Shown here piece after piece: positions 25,286 through 39,649 of a DNA stretch of 64,000 nucleotides. The stretch is taken from NCBI GenBank assembly GCA_965153455.1, contig OZ234493.1, forward strand, positions 35,702,213-35,766,212, read 5' to 3'. Each line of letters opens with the position of its first letter. Position 1 is the stretch's first letter. The notes under the pieces were generated by a model. The model saw nothing but the letters and a program-made list of their open reading frames with translations. It ran no database searches and had not been told where the DNA came from. The stretch is from Sphagnum compactum. Its lineage: Eukaryota. A program made the translations under genes and the position numbers.

Positions 25286-25404
25286 CATAGTGATGACATT
25301 CTTCATTTTGCACTTTAAAATTCGCGAAAATTCGTTAAAATTCGTGAAAAATTCGTTAAAATTCGCGAATTTTAAAGTGCAAAATGAAGAATGTCATCAC
25401 TATG
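25286..25404. mobile_element. 119-bp hAT-type MITE forming a hairpin, with 8-bp TSD
   Basis: Arms CATAGTGATGACATTCTTCATTTTGCACTTTAAAATTCGCGAA and its reverse complement. CCATCCCA is duplicated at 25278-25285 and 25405-25412. Confidence 0.9.
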
Positions 25405-25492
25405 CCATCCCACAATTTGATAATGAAAATCATGTGAAAAACCATTCTTTCATGAATTTGTTTTTTTAACATTTCGATGTCATGTGTTTTAA

Positions 25493-25578
25493 ACACATAT
25501 GATGGACATATAAATAGGGTGAAATATTTTCAAGTGGTTGAAAATATTTCACCCTATTTATATGTCCATCATATGTGT
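25493..25578. repeat. Perfect 41-bp inverted repeat with 4-nt loop (foldback core)
   Basis: ACACATATGATGGACATATAAATAGGGTGAAATATTTTCAA-gtgg-TTGAAAATATTTCACCCTATTTATATGTCCATCATATGTGT, with imperfect pairing extending outward. Confidence 0.95.
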
Positions 25579-27199
25579 ATTAGACACAACATCCATGTGT
25601 AACACAAACCCATGAATAAAAAAATTCATGTGAATTTTGAATGAATTGATGAAGTTTGTAACTTTGTGATGTTAGCAATAAAATTTTGCATTTTTGGTTT
25701 TTAACTGGTACTAGGTTTTAGCCTATTTCATTTACCTTAAACACCAAGTGCTAAAGCAATTGGGGTAATTATATACCTCCATTGAACTTGGAATTTTCAT
25801 TATTTGGTTCACTTACATTCCTACCTGAAACATCGTTAGATCATGACAATCACATAATTGTTTTACAACATTTTTTCAAAAGTTGATTCCACTCAACAAT
25901 ACTTTTAGATAATGTATACATATCATGTCTAGTTAATAACATCAACTGTTACAATAAATTATTTAGCACAAATTTAGAGATGGAAAATGTTTTAAAATTT
26001 GTAATAATAATCTTTCATCCAAGGTTGAACAAATATCCTTTTATACCAGTCATGTTGGTTACAACTTCTCAGACTATAATATTTCGATTAGCAACATGGT
26101 GAGTTAGTCTATTCAACTAGCATATGCGACTGACATATTTGGATATCCTACTTCAATAATTCATTTTGGCAAGGGGATGGACTTTATCTAGGTTAACCAT
26201 TTAAAAAAATTAATAATAAAAAAAAGAAGTTACAATGTCTTATGAAAGTTTTTGAATACTATATTTTCATTAGATTCATTCCAAATCATTGCATGTGTTT
26301 TCATAATATTTGAAACATTGTCTTGTAAACACATAAAAAAATGTTTACAACATTAATACAATTTTAAACATTGAAACATGAAAAACCAAACATTGGTTAC
26401 ACAACCATTGGCTCCTATTAATTTGAATGTACTTAGATCTCATCAAATTTACAACAGGGTGAAGCATGGTAAAGTATACAATTCAATTATTTTGGCAGTC
26501 TATTTGTCAAACTAACAAGAAATATGACTAAAACCCATCATAAAATTATTATACATATAATATTTTTATTTAAATGATGGAAAAAAAACTTCTTCACAAC
26601 TATGATTTAATTTGTAAATTCTACGTTGTAAAAGTAGGTTTCAAGTATACTTTTCAAAAAGTAAGTAACTTTTGAAACCTACTTTTTGTAGTGTAACATT
26701 TGTTTCTATTATGTGTTAGTATATTCTACCAAAGAGAAAATAAATTTATTTATTTTCCTTCCTTTGAATATATAATGATCTTTATGTTATAACTTCACAC
26801 AATTTTATTTCATTAAATTTTCTAATGAAAACGTACTTTTGAACACCATATTGGCCAACTAAACTCAAAAGTATTTGTTCCTACTTTTATTATTCCAAAG
26901 TTTTTCAAATTTTGTATTCAACTTAATGCAAACCCATGGAAAGCACCATGGTTTCAAAATGAAATTTAAGTAAAAATTGAGTCTACTTTCTTGTGTTTTT
27001 GTGAAAAACTGTTTTTTTTTAAACTTGATATTTTCTCATCAACTTTTTTGTATAAAATACCATGTTTTCACCCAGCACCATCCCCAAGTCCTAAAGTGGT
27101 TAATTATGAAATGTGTTGTAAATGCATCATGGGTAATTTTGTTAAAACGTCCACATTTTTCACAACGAACAAATTAAAAAACAATTACATCAAGTTCCA

Positions 27200-28230
27200 T
27201 AAACCAAACACATGTATGGCAATGCAAAAGAAAATGTGGATGGCCTCTTTTTCTTCAATAAATATATCTCATTACTCAACAAATTTGTATTAGGTGGCAT
27301 CAATCTTTCAAACCCATCACCACCTATTGATTCTTGATGGTCATGGATCACACATCATGTTAGAGGCCATAGAATAGAACAAATGCAACAATTTGGACTA
27401 GACATGACCATTTTTCCCTCACATACATTGCATGAATTTTAGCCTTTAGATGTCACTTGTTTCAAAACTTTGATAATAACATTTAAAACATGACAAAATG
27501 TTCATGTGGTTAGAAACAATCATACTAAATCAAACTTGTAGATGATGTTGATTAGTTAGGTAGCTACACACAACTTTGGGCCATAATTCATTATCCAAAT
27601 TGAATATCAAAAGTGGGTTTAATGTTATAGGATTTGGGGTGAATGTATGGTATGGTAGCTCACTTTGTGTGTCACGCACATGATTTTTGCAGGGTACCCT
27701 TGGTTTGAACACTTATGGCAAAAAAATATGCTTAGATTTGTCATTATATTTAGATTAACAACTTGATTATTAATACATATGTACAACTCTTTTTCAAAAA
27801 ATGTACATTCACTCCAAACCATTTATAGGGACTCCATATATGATATAATTTGACATAATATACTCATATGTGGAATCCTTGCCTCAAAAACCTAAGCCAA
27901 AATTAAGTTATAGACTTTTGAATGATAAAAAATGGGGTTTTGTTCCATATGTCCCTATAAGTTGCAAATTTTTTGGTTTTAACTTTATTTTTCACTATAG
28001 CAAATGGCATTGAAATATATAGGCAAGCTACCTTTCATATTGAATTTATTAATTTAAACCATTATGCAATCCTTTATTTAATTAATGATATAATAATAAA
28101 CAACCATTTTAACATTATCGAATGGACTTTTATGGAGTGTTTTATTCGTTGAATTGAATCACCATACCATGCATTCACCCTATGGCCATTAAACCTTAAG
28201 GCCATGGATGACAAGACTAGACCATTAAAA
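27200..28230 (+). mobile_element. Decayed pogo/Fot1-like DDE-1 transposase, split by a MITE
   Basis: AMQKKMWM..., HHLLILDGHGSHIMLEAI, PSHTLH..PLDVTCFK and NIKSGF. After the insertion it resumes WPLNLKAMDDKTRP. Confidence 0.75.
27637..28180. mobile_element. MITE with 20-bp terminal inverted repeats
   Basis: GGGTGAATGTATGGTATGGT ... ACCATACCATGCATTCACCC (1 mismatch). It interrupts the DDE-1 relic. Confidence 0.75.
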
Positions 28231-28404
28231 ATATACAAAGCAAGATGAGACAACCATGAATCGAAGAACCTTACTTTTTCATATGAAGATGAAAATGATA
28301 GTTAATAGTGAGAGGAAACATACACAACCACACAGTTGTTGAATATTTAACTAATGTTGAAATGCCCCAAAAAATATGAAAATCATGAGAGGGCATCATC
28401 CCTT

Positions 28405-28730
28405 TGTCATGACCCTAACCTTGGGCTTGTAATCAAAGTTAAAACATGAAAAGAAATGTAAGTTAGGAGAGTGTCCCAAGATTCAAACACACTCCCAAAA
28501 GTGTGAAAAAATGGAATGAAATGAGTCCCAACACTCCAAAATGAATTCCCATTTTGGAAGTTCAAATCCCATGGGTGTCAATAAACTTTGGGACAAAAGT
28601 GCAAATAATAATTTTTATCCAAATTGGGCTTAAATGTTTTTTTGGGAATTCACACTAACAGTGCTTTCATCCTAGTCCCATATTGAAACTCCTACATGCC
28701 CTAACCCCAAGTGTGGAACTAAGGAGCACA
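28405..28730 (+). mobile_element. Degraded, internally deleted relative of the 5085-6008 LTR
   Basis: TGTCATGACCCTAACCTTGGGCTTG...CACACTCCCAAAAGTGTG...CACTCCAAAATGAATTCCCATTTTGG parallels the start of 5085. Confidence 0.6.
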
Positions 28731-31700
28731 ATTGGGTGGCAAATATTCTAGGAATTAACAAGGTATTTACCCTTAATACCATTTGATAAGCCAAAGGTGT
28801 GTTACCTTCTCACTTCAAATACATGCACAAAATATATGAAATGCATATTTTGTGTATTTTATCAGCCCACTTACATATATTGATGAACGCTTAAAATATG
28901 ATTTTTGTTTTAGGCACTTGTCATGTGCACCATTTGCACTATGAGATGCCTAGGTCAAATTTGTGTGTCGGGCACTTGTCACCTAAACTATCTCAACCAT
29001 TTACATTATGAAATATGGATGTTTTGATTTTTGAGGTGTAGAATTTTGGTCCCATATGTTAATTGTGCATTTGTTTCATGTTGTGGCTTTGTTGTGTGTC
29101 ATTTGAGGTCGTGTCATGTTCATTAGTTGTTACATATGATGTCAATTATGTATGAGATTAGTTTTATGTGTTGGGTTAGTTGTGCATCTTGGGTCATAAA
29201 GTTAATTTGTTGTGGTATGAGTTCTTCATTTTGCTCTATTTTTGCATGAACTGAATATGTATAGTTGGAAGGACTCCTAAGATGTATCTCCATTTGAGGA
29301 ACTTAGTTAAAACTATGGATTTTTGTTGTCACTAATTGGTTGTTGGATGTATTAATGGTTGATCGTGTGAGTTTTGTAAGGTGATTCTTTAACATTTTTT
29401 AGGTGTAGTCTAAACCCAAAAGCGCTTCCTCAAAAAAATCTTCAGATGTGATTATGAGTGCTAGGGGAATTAACAATTTTAGTTTTTGAATTATCTTTGG
29501 TTACAAAAAAACTTGCAAAATGTGTATGACATGGATTTGATACATGTGATACATAGGACACCTCAATCAAAAACTGCATGTATTTCATAATTTCAATTGA
29601 CAGTTTTTGGGTATGTGAATTTAATTGATAACCCTAAACCCAAACCACAATGTCCTAGCCCACCTACTATTAAAAACCCTAAACGATTAACCTTGATCCT
29701 CACCATGTTTTGGGGAAAGCAACAAGATTAACCTTATTGGAAGTTTTGGTAGAATGGAAAAAATCTTAAATCATGATCCTACTTGGAGGTTCTATTAATT
29801 ATAAATAAATAAATAAATCCACGACAATAGCTTCATTTCCCTTCAAAATAAATACTTGCACAATGTATTAATTCGAACCAACCATTGTTGGTCTAGGTCT
29901 GGTTTTCAACCTAAGTTTGGGTTAGGGTCTAGGTACTTGGCTCAACAAGTCCCAATGGGGAAGACTCACCACAAGATCCACCTTGGTGGATTTAGTTGTG
30001 GGAAAACTTGGGGTCAACTGGATTTGGCAAAAGACTCGACCTGTTGGGTCTTAAGGTGTTTTTGCTTAGGGTTGAGTCTTAGGTGTAGGTATAGGGTATA
30101 TCTAAGTATCTAAGGTTCATGAAACTAATAATTTTTTTTGTTTTCTTCACTTATCATTGAACCTTGTTAGTTTTAACATGTAGATTGATACCAACTCATT
30201 TCTTGAAGTTCGATAATTTGGAGGAGAATGAGACAACAAAAGGTGGTAGGGAGGATGTGTTTTCTTGAAAAGAATCTAACTTTGAAAAAAAATTCCCTTG
30301 GAAAAATGCTTGTGCATTTACCTCATTGTCTTGAATTTTTTTTTAATGAAGTTTGTTTGTAACCTTCACAAAAAAGTAAAAACATTGGTTTCTAGGAGTA
30401 CATGCCTATTAGTTCTCTTGGTCCTTGCATTTCATCTTGATAATGTTATAATGGTGGCAACTAGTTGGCAAAATAATATATTTTAATTTACAAGATTTGA
30501 CATGTGATTTGTATGCAAATCGCTTAATTAGAGGCCCAGAACTTGGACCCAACTTGGAACTTTGCCTTCTTCTAGTCATCCAAATAACAGTTTTAAAATG
30601 ACCCCAATTTTGAGCCTATAAGAACTGATGAAGCCTAAAACTATTGAACCATAAAAGAAGTAGTTAAAAAAAATTAGCCTCGACCCTAGAACCAACATGT
30701 TTTAGTTTTTAAGAATATTTCCTACACTGGAAACCCAAAAAGTCGTCCATTATGTAAATAACAATTAGACCTAAACCCAATGGCTCCTTAAAACAAGGCA
30801 TCACAAACACGCTGGCTTTGCCAATAGATAAGATGTTGTACATCTACCACACTCTAAACACCAAAAAAATCTGTTCCAATCCAAAGAGTCTAAACACTTT
30901 CACCAAAGAGCGGTTCAACTAATGTGAAACTGGTTCTAATAAGGTAAAACTTCCAAAAGTTGGATCCAATGCGATAGTCCTTGTCCCTGTGGGGGGCAGG
31001 GCCCAAAAACCTGACCTGACCAACATAGGACTTATTTAACAACTTCAATAGAAGCCATTGAATTGAATTTGTTGTAGCATCATTCATATTTGGAATTTTA
31101 TTTGGGACCTTGTACTTGGGAATTTGATTCTTTTCTTCTTTCTACATGAGTGTTTTAATAATTTCTTTCATTTACCTCATGGAATCATTCAGTGGACTAT
31201 GAAAAAAATTCCTTTTTTTGTTTCAAGTATTTTTGCCATATTCCACTCAAGTGTTTCTTCAGTGGTCTTACTGATGTTCAAATAGGTCGTCTAATCTAGC
31301 TTTTTCCCATGAAATAATGTGAGTGCATATAGTGTACATTGTTGTTGGTTTCTAGTATATAGGTTAGGTTTTTGCATGGTATATAACCTTTACTTACAAC
31401 TAATAATCAACACTTTTTGGTCAATTATTTAGTTTTTTTAAGAAAATGAGGTGCAGCAGTTTCAAATTTAATTTTCCGGATTTTCAACATTTAAGGATAA
31501 ACCATGCAAAATACCTTTTTAAGTTTAGTATTTTTTATAGTCACCCACTGGTTGGAACTTGGGACAAAATTACAAATTTTCACAAGTTGGGAGTTCAATT
31601 CTCAACAATTTGGGCAGATAAACAAGAACTGGAAAATGTTTTCGAAGGTGAATGCAGCATAACAAATTATTGTGAAAAGCAAGAGAACCACAAGGGCATT

Positions 31701-33595
31701 AAATCAAGATCAGATCTCTAAAGTCTGAATGATATTTCTCTTGATTACCATGTGATATGATTAATAATACATGGGGAGTGGAAAAGAAAGTGAATTAAAA
31801 GCATGGATTGAATGTATTTAAACTCTTATGGAAGTAAGGAATAGTGATGAGTGTGGAAATAGTGAAGAAAACAATTCCATTTTATTCAATTCCAAGTGGG
31901 AGGAGGAATTTCCAAATCTTTTTGGTTACACCTAGACTTAATGCCATTGCAAAGAACTTGTGATCTATTGACATAGACCCATCCCTATGCGCTACTATCT
32001 AATCCATACCTTTTCATAAGCTGGATAATGCCTTGTCTTTGTACCACATAATTAAACGAGGCTAACGACATCAATTAGCACCACAAAATGATCTTTGAAT
32101 TTATGTTTCTTGAATCAAAAAGCATGACAACCTTTTTACTTGCCTCTCATGTTGTGACAAATACATGGATTTACTTGCCTTGAGCAAAATAATTGACAAA
32201 TACCTAACCCTAAACCACCCTAAACCCAACTCAAAAGAAAAAAAAATTGGGGCACCTTGAGCACATGTAGAGCTTCCCATTGGCAACTAACATCCAATCA
32301 ACTAGAAACAGCAAAGCAAGCATCCACCATTCTCAATGAAGTGTTAGGGAAGGCCTGCTCCCCAGGGTGTCCCCTAATTTATCTAATTTTTAATTAATTT
32401 GAGGGTCTCAGCATCAAGGGTGCGCTAGCAGCCTTTGTTTTTAATTTGATGAAATTTTGACCCAAAAAACAGCGAAATTAGAAAAGAAAAAAAATTGAAA
32501 ATGAAGTGATTTGGGAGGGTTTCACTCATTGAAGGTGAGAAAAAATATATAGTGAAAATGGCGAGATTTTTATATCTTATATTCAGTGTGTAGTCATAAA
32601 TATAAAAGGGTGATTAAACATTTTTACTTCATATCTGGTTTGTCACCAGATTTGGCTAAATCTTCCTAAGGATGCTCATCATTTTTTCTCCATCTTTTCT
32701 TCGTGGTCAACAATTTTTAGTTTCCTTCTCTAAGTACATTAGAACAACTTCATAAAATAAACTATAAGCTTGGTCCTACATTTTAAATAAGTTATTACAT
32801 TTGATTGATTGTACATAATCTCTATGTGCCCTAATTTTAAAAAAATTTAAAATTACATAAATTTTTGAGTTATTTTTAAGGAATGCTTTTGGGAGCCATT
32901 GCTATTGTGTGTTGAAAGACAATGGACTTGTTGTACTTGTTTCTCTTTGCAATGGGTAGTAGTTCCATTTGTGTTGAGGAAGAAAAGAAGTTGCCTCTTC
33001 AGCCTCATGAAAAAACAAACATGGTCAAGGAGGATACTTGGAGCAATTAAAGTCTTTTTAGCAGATTGAGCATTAATAGCAGACTGTCTAGGTTGACAGT
33101 GGGTGATTCATGCACCACATTTCACAATTTATGAAAACTGTATTCACCCTTTGTTGGCTCTGCTTGGCAGACCAGGCAAGAGAGAGTTCAGGTTTCAAGT
33201 TTCAACACTGGAATGGAATGAATTGGTTTTCTATGAACTCACAGGAGGAGGTAAGTGAAGAAGGCAAGTAAGGCCAAAGTGGGGACACTCTGGCTCTGAT
33301 CAGTGATAGTGTGTAGTGTGTACCCCAATATGATTAACAATGCCAAGCCATGCAATGTGTGTCTGTGGGTAGGTATCTTGTGTCACAAGTGCTACAATTC
33401 TGTTTGACACAAGCCAGCCAGCTCAGGTCATTTTTTGTCTTTGCATCTTTGGAACACCCATTCCCCAAGGATTTTCAGGGTACTAGTCCGTAGTATTATG
33501 TGTTGCAACCTGGGGAGGAATTGTCAAAGAAGCAGCCCCTAACAAATAAGCCCCACGAGGCTGTACCAGACCGAATTACCCAATCATGTTCTCTG

Positions 33596-33598
<3 letters not shown>

Positions 33599-33630
<32 letters not shown>
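33599..33630. repeat. (GA)n microsatellite
   Basis: Direct read. Confidence 0.95.
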
Positions 33631-33633
<3 letters not shown>

Positions 33634-34089
33634 TCATTTCTGGTCACACTCCTTCACTTCTTTATGCATGTTACTAACTCTGTCTCTAAGTCAGAAACTA
33701 TATTTTATTTCTCAACTTGGACAAGTTCTTGAATGTGTTGCACCAGAAAAAAATGACGCGACTTCCTTATGCACTCTCTCACCATGATTTTTTTAATAAC
33801 AGTAATGCTGTGTCCATGACTTTGTATAAACAGTAATGCCATTTGTGTCTTAAGGTTCACTGAAGAAAGCAAACTTCATTCGCTGCTTGACCATTTACAC
33901 ATCCAATTTTGAGTGACATCAAAGAGTCCACAATTTGTTTTGTTCGGGATTGAGTTAAGCCAGAGACACTTGCAATTGCTTGCTTGCTACACAGCTCTAA
34001 TGAAAATTTCAGGACTTCAATGCATTAGGCTTTAGGTTTCACAATCAACTCATGGACTATACCAGTGTTATTGGCTGGTATGTAATACA

Positions 34090-34091
<2 letters not shown>

Positions 34092-34120
<29 letters not shown>
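34092..34120. repeat. (AT)n microsatellite abutting a MITE
   Basis: Direct read. Confidence 0.95.
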
Positions 34121-34122
<2 letters not shown>

Positions 34123-34123
<1 letters not shown>

Positions 34124-34492
34124 GAGCATCTCCACCAACACTCAATATGTGACCCTGCAAAAATATTTCTCACATCCAAGTTTTAGTTACTGACTTTTTT
34201 CCAACCCCACCTGTAAAACTGAAACTGGACTGCGAGTAGGTGGGAGACTACTAATAGCGACCCACTTGGACCAATCAAACTATCTACCCAATCAGAAACA
34301 GAGAGCAGTCAATAAATGTCATTTGACTGTGTGTGTTAGACTGTTCCAGGGCTTTGAAAGCTATGAACTTTTTCATGGTCCCAGCAGTGGTTCCAGTGGA
34401 TCGATCCACTGGACTCAAAAGACTTATGAACCTCATCCAAGATTTCTACTGCAGGGTGACAGACATCTACTGAGCGTTGGTGGAGATGCTCT
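34123..34492 (+). mobile_element. MITE of the same family as 15845-16211
   Basis: AGAGCATCTCCACCAACACTCA ... TGAGCGTTGGTGGAGATGCTCT terminal inverted repeats, about 370 bp. Confidence 0.8.
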
Positions 34493-37400
34493 CTCTAATG
34501 GCATTCCAACACTGGATTAGATGTGAAATATTGTTGCTGGAAGGACAGATTACTGAAGGAATGGGCACATCATTCCTGGTTTTTTTGGGCCTTTGCATTT
34601 CTTGATCTAAATTCACAACCCACCATGTTGCTGCTTTTTCATGGGCAGCCACTTAACCACACCGTCCAAAGCAGATGAGTCTTGTGGGTCTAACTTATCA
34701 CCACATGGGTCCCCCACCATTGGAAGGTTTGATTGACTCCCCATTGGATGATTCATAATGATGTTGGGGTCCCCAAATGAGCCTGAGCCAACATTCAGTA
34801 TGGGATGCCATCCCAAGTGGCAACCTTTAGTTCAAGGAAAAGCTAAATTGTGAAAGGATAAGTGGTAAGCCAAGGCTTTGGTCTAATTTTATAACTATTA
34901 CTTGAGCTCTATGATATTTTTATGCCTTACCATTGACACTGAAGTGATGAAAATAATGAGTTGATTATTTGGAAATTAAGTTCCATTTGAATGAAAATAT
35001 TAAATGACATTGCATGCAACTTGAATTGAATTCAAATTCAATTGAAGAGGAACGGGATCCAAACTTGTGCAAAAGGTATTGAAAATATGCTCATCACTTC
35101 TGGCATCCATGATTATGGTGTTGAATAAAAAGAAACTCCGAAAAATTACAAGAGAATGTGGTTCTTCTGACATAAAAAGCCATGATTCATGACACATGTG
35201 AAATAAACTTTATCATTTCATCCATTACGATGTATAAGATGTGGTGTTTATTGTGACATATATTACATTAAAATGGTAATTTGACATTAGATAATGGCAC
35301 ATATCACACAATATGAGTTGTTAAACTAAAAAAAATTAGTCATTAAAATTAATAGTTTAGATGTTCATCTTTCAAATGTAAAATCTTCATGACTTAAATT
35401 AGAGTAGGCAAAGTTTTAATGATGGATGCCTATGAACACCTTGCCACATGGCTCATGTGATTCAAAATATCTTCCTTGCATAATGTTAATTTGCCCAAAA
35501 TTTGTCTAAAAGTGCTACACATTACTATGTTTTCACCCATCATTGTAATAGTTGACTTAAACATTGCAAGGTAAAACCAAATGCAATAGCTTAAAGCTAA
35601 CCATATGTGAACAATTATGTTCAATCAAAGTTGTTGTTGCCCACCCAAAGGTGTTCCATTAAGTCATTTCTTAGATTATAACATTTTATGTTTTACATTT
35701 CTTGTATGCTTTTTGTAAAGTCATCAAATGATAGCCCAAATAAAGAAATAGATAACAACACATTCACTAGCACTTGCAAAATAAGCAATTGTCATAGAAG
35801 GATAATTTGCAATGTAATTGCACTAGATTTGTGATTTTCAAAGCTCTCAATCCCTAAAGAATGTTGGCTATATGTGTTGTTTGTCCAAATGCAAATTGTT
35901 CTTTTCCTTGTTAGATTTTCATGTTAGGACCACACATCAAATACCATCTAGCAAGTATAATCAATGTTTAATTTTTCATATTTTAGTGTCCAAAATTGTA
36001 CTAATGTTACAAATCATGCAAAAACATTCATGACAATATTTTTTTAATATTATGCAAACATATGATATGATTTAAAATGAATTTAATGAGGATAGAATAT
36101 TCAAAAACATCCATTAAACATTATTTAAAAAAATATTTTTGAAAGAATCTTCAAACATGACATATTTTGGGGGAGATTCTTCAAACATATATTTACATAA
36201 TATTATATTGCAACATATTTTTATTCAGATTTGATTTTTTTCAACTTTCAAATGGCATATTTTAAATAGATTTTTAAAACATTCAAAATAAGCAACCACC
36301 TAAGGAAATGAACTTGACTCATATTATTATGTTTAGATTCACCACCACTTCATACATGGGCAACTCTTGTAATTCAAAAGAAATTGACATAATATGTAAT
36401 GTGCTAAGTACCTAACAACAAATAGACATTTTTACAAAGGCACTAGGGAAACAAAGTTTGAAGGTTTGCAAGAGGTAATTTGAGTATTTTCAAAATTAGT
36501 ATTATGACCATGTCAAATGTATGTAAACATGAAGATCAATAGTACAATTGTGGAAAGAAAAAATGAGGTGTGAAAGAGAGTGTAAATATGTAGTTGCACA
36601 ATTCATAAGGTAAATCAAATCAAATATTATTATATAATTTTTTATAGTTTGAAAATGAACTTGTTTGTTAGTTAATTTTTTGTGTTGTGATTATTCATGT
36701 TGGATTGGATTACAATTAAAAAATTGTGACACTTAAATGGAAATGATGTCACTTTAATTAAGGATTCAAAAGTGGTGATTTTAGTTAGGGTGGTGACTTT
36801 TCTTTTATGTCATGTATTTATATTTCTAATTTATTAATTAAAAAACTGGTAAATTAGGTCCCTTCCCTATATAAAATTTTACAAACTAATTATCCAAGGT
36901 TGTAAAAACTTAGGGGTTTCTAATTCAATTATCCATGGGAGAACAATTGAACAAACATATTAATAAGTAGGGAAATGAATGGGTAAATATGTGGACAATG
37001 ATAAATTAAAAAATGACCTTTATTGGCATGATGGATTGGGATTGGTGCAAACACAATCCAAGGAGCCAACATGATTACTTCAATTAAAGACTATGCAAAT
37101 TCTACGCAAAAAATGTATTTCATACAAGGAACTTTTGAATGAAGTTTTGTGCAACTTGTTACTAAATATGCTTATAATTGATTAAATATAACACTTGTTG
37201 TGTGTTAATCATCATGGAATAAAATTTATGAATTTTTAAAATTTTTGTAAATTTTGTATTAGATTTTGTGTTTTGTCATGAAAAATGACGACAATTTCAA
37301 ACCATACCAAATGTGTTCATTATTTGAGAGATCATTTTCTTCTATTATAAGCTACAACTTTTTGTACATTATGAACATTATAATTCATTTACATGTGATA

Positions 37401-39649
37401 AACGACTCTTGAAATGTTTTGGATTTGAAACATGCTTTGTATTTCTAAAACAAATTCGCAAATTTAATTTCAAAAATTGTGAGTGATTTCTAAGTGTGAT
37501 TATTAGGTTTTTATCATCTTTATTTTCTTAATATTAAACCAAAAAAATTCTTTGCAAGATTGTCTTAATATGATGCATTGTTTGTTCATTTTCAAAAGTC
37601 CTCAAATAAATTTCAAAAATTGTAGTTGAATTAAATGGATTTTAAATTTGATTACCTTAACATTCATTTGAGTTATTTAACACAACTTGTCGTTATTAAT
37701 ACCATGATTTTCAAATGGAACACATTAATAAATCTATGATAACTTATAGTTTTTTTTGTTATTCAATGGGTGCAATCACATTAGCAAGAGTTAAATCAAT
37801 GCTTAATTTTTCATGTTTTAAAAGTCAAAATTTTATATTAATGTTGCAAGTCATTTTTAAATTTTTTTTGACAATGTTTATAATATATTATGAAAACATG
37901 TGTTATGATTTGAAATGAATTTAATGAGGATCTATAATATTTAAAAGCACTCATTAAACATTATAAAAACTTTAGTTTTGAGAAAATTCTTATACCATAG
38001 TATATTTATTGAAGGAGATTTTCAAAACACATCTTCATATAATAATATGATGGAACATTTTTTTAGTTCATAAATTTTTTTAATGATTTTTTCAACCTAC
38101 AAGTGAATTTTTTAAACAATATTCTATGAAAAGCATTCACCCAAGAGTGTAGGTTTGGTTCATGTTCTAGCATGAAAGCACCGTAATGTTTTGTTTTGGC
38201 TCTTTTGATTGAGTTCTTGCCCATCTTGACTTTGGAATTATTTTGGATTAGTTGAATAACATGTTTAATTTAGTAAAATGGTAAGCAATGTGAAAGCTCA
38301 TCAATGAAAAGATGGATATATATTTCAAAAGATTAATAAGTGCTATAATTCAAAATGTTAGTAAATGATAAATATGTCTTAAGCCCTAAATGAACGGAAT
38401 GACTAAATCATCCACTTTCTTTTCAATAATTTAATTGGTTGTGATCTTCATTCACATTTTTTCATCTTCATATATTGAATCATTGGGATTTTTGAATTCT
38501 AATGATTGTTAACTTCTATTTGTTGCAAAATATTACATGATTTTGCTTCATGCAACAAAATGAAAAATTTTGGGGGCATGTTCCCTAGTTGTTTGTGATT
38601 GAACAAAGTGGGTAAAAGCTTTGGGATGAAGACTAGGATGATGTTGACTCTTCAAGTTAAACTTTTAATCACATCAAAATACACAAACAACAGGGGTAGT
38701 TGGTGCAATTGGAAAAGGTTTTGCTTCATGGAGTAGTCAGGGGCTCACATGTCCTCATAAAATTCACCACATTTTAAATTTGGAAAGAGATATCACCCTC
38801 CTCCTTATACTGTGTATCTCATTGTAACCCTTACATCAAAATGACAAATTCTTGAAATTATCTTGAAAGTGAGATTTCCACAATTAGTAAATTACAAATC
38901 TGAAAACTTTGGGGACTCATAATTTTTTTTAAACACATCCAAATTGAATCCTTTACAACTCTATCATATAGCCTTTGAACGGAGATTTTCAAAGTCATAT
39001 CAAGCTCTTCAATTGAAGATTCATATTTGGTCCCTCACTTGTGATGATATGATTGAGTGGGAGCCAAATTTCTCCTTACCATTGAATTTCTTTAGGTGAC
39101 CATAATTTTTAATCATAAAATCTCTTTTGGTAATGCAAGAGCATCATATTGTAGTACTCATTAAGACCAAAATGGGACACATTTGGTAGTCATGAGAGTT
39201 TTTCAGTTGCATAGCCACACATTTCTTACTCATCTTGGGAATGTGTTTTAGCCAATGACTTCTTTCATTCCCAACCCACTTCATTTGTCTTGCCTCAACT
39301 TTGGTTACATGCCTTAAGCTAGGGTTGAGAGTTAAGACATACATGAATTTGTGTTAATGAGATTCATGATACAATGAATCCAAGAACGTATTTCTAATAA
39401 GCCTGTTTAGGAGGCATAATTACTTTTCCAAATAGTTGTATTTAGGTTGTAATGTTGAATTAGATGGTGATTTCAATTAATTTGTACAACATTTGATACT
39501 TAAACGATATCCAAGCTCAAGACGTGTATAAAAAGGTGGAACCAAACTTGACTTCCCCAAGCTGAGTTTAATGTTCTTTTTTAAAGAATCAAGAATTGAA
39601 GGTTAAGAATGTGAAGAACTGGTGTCACACCTAGAGTACTTGCACCAGA

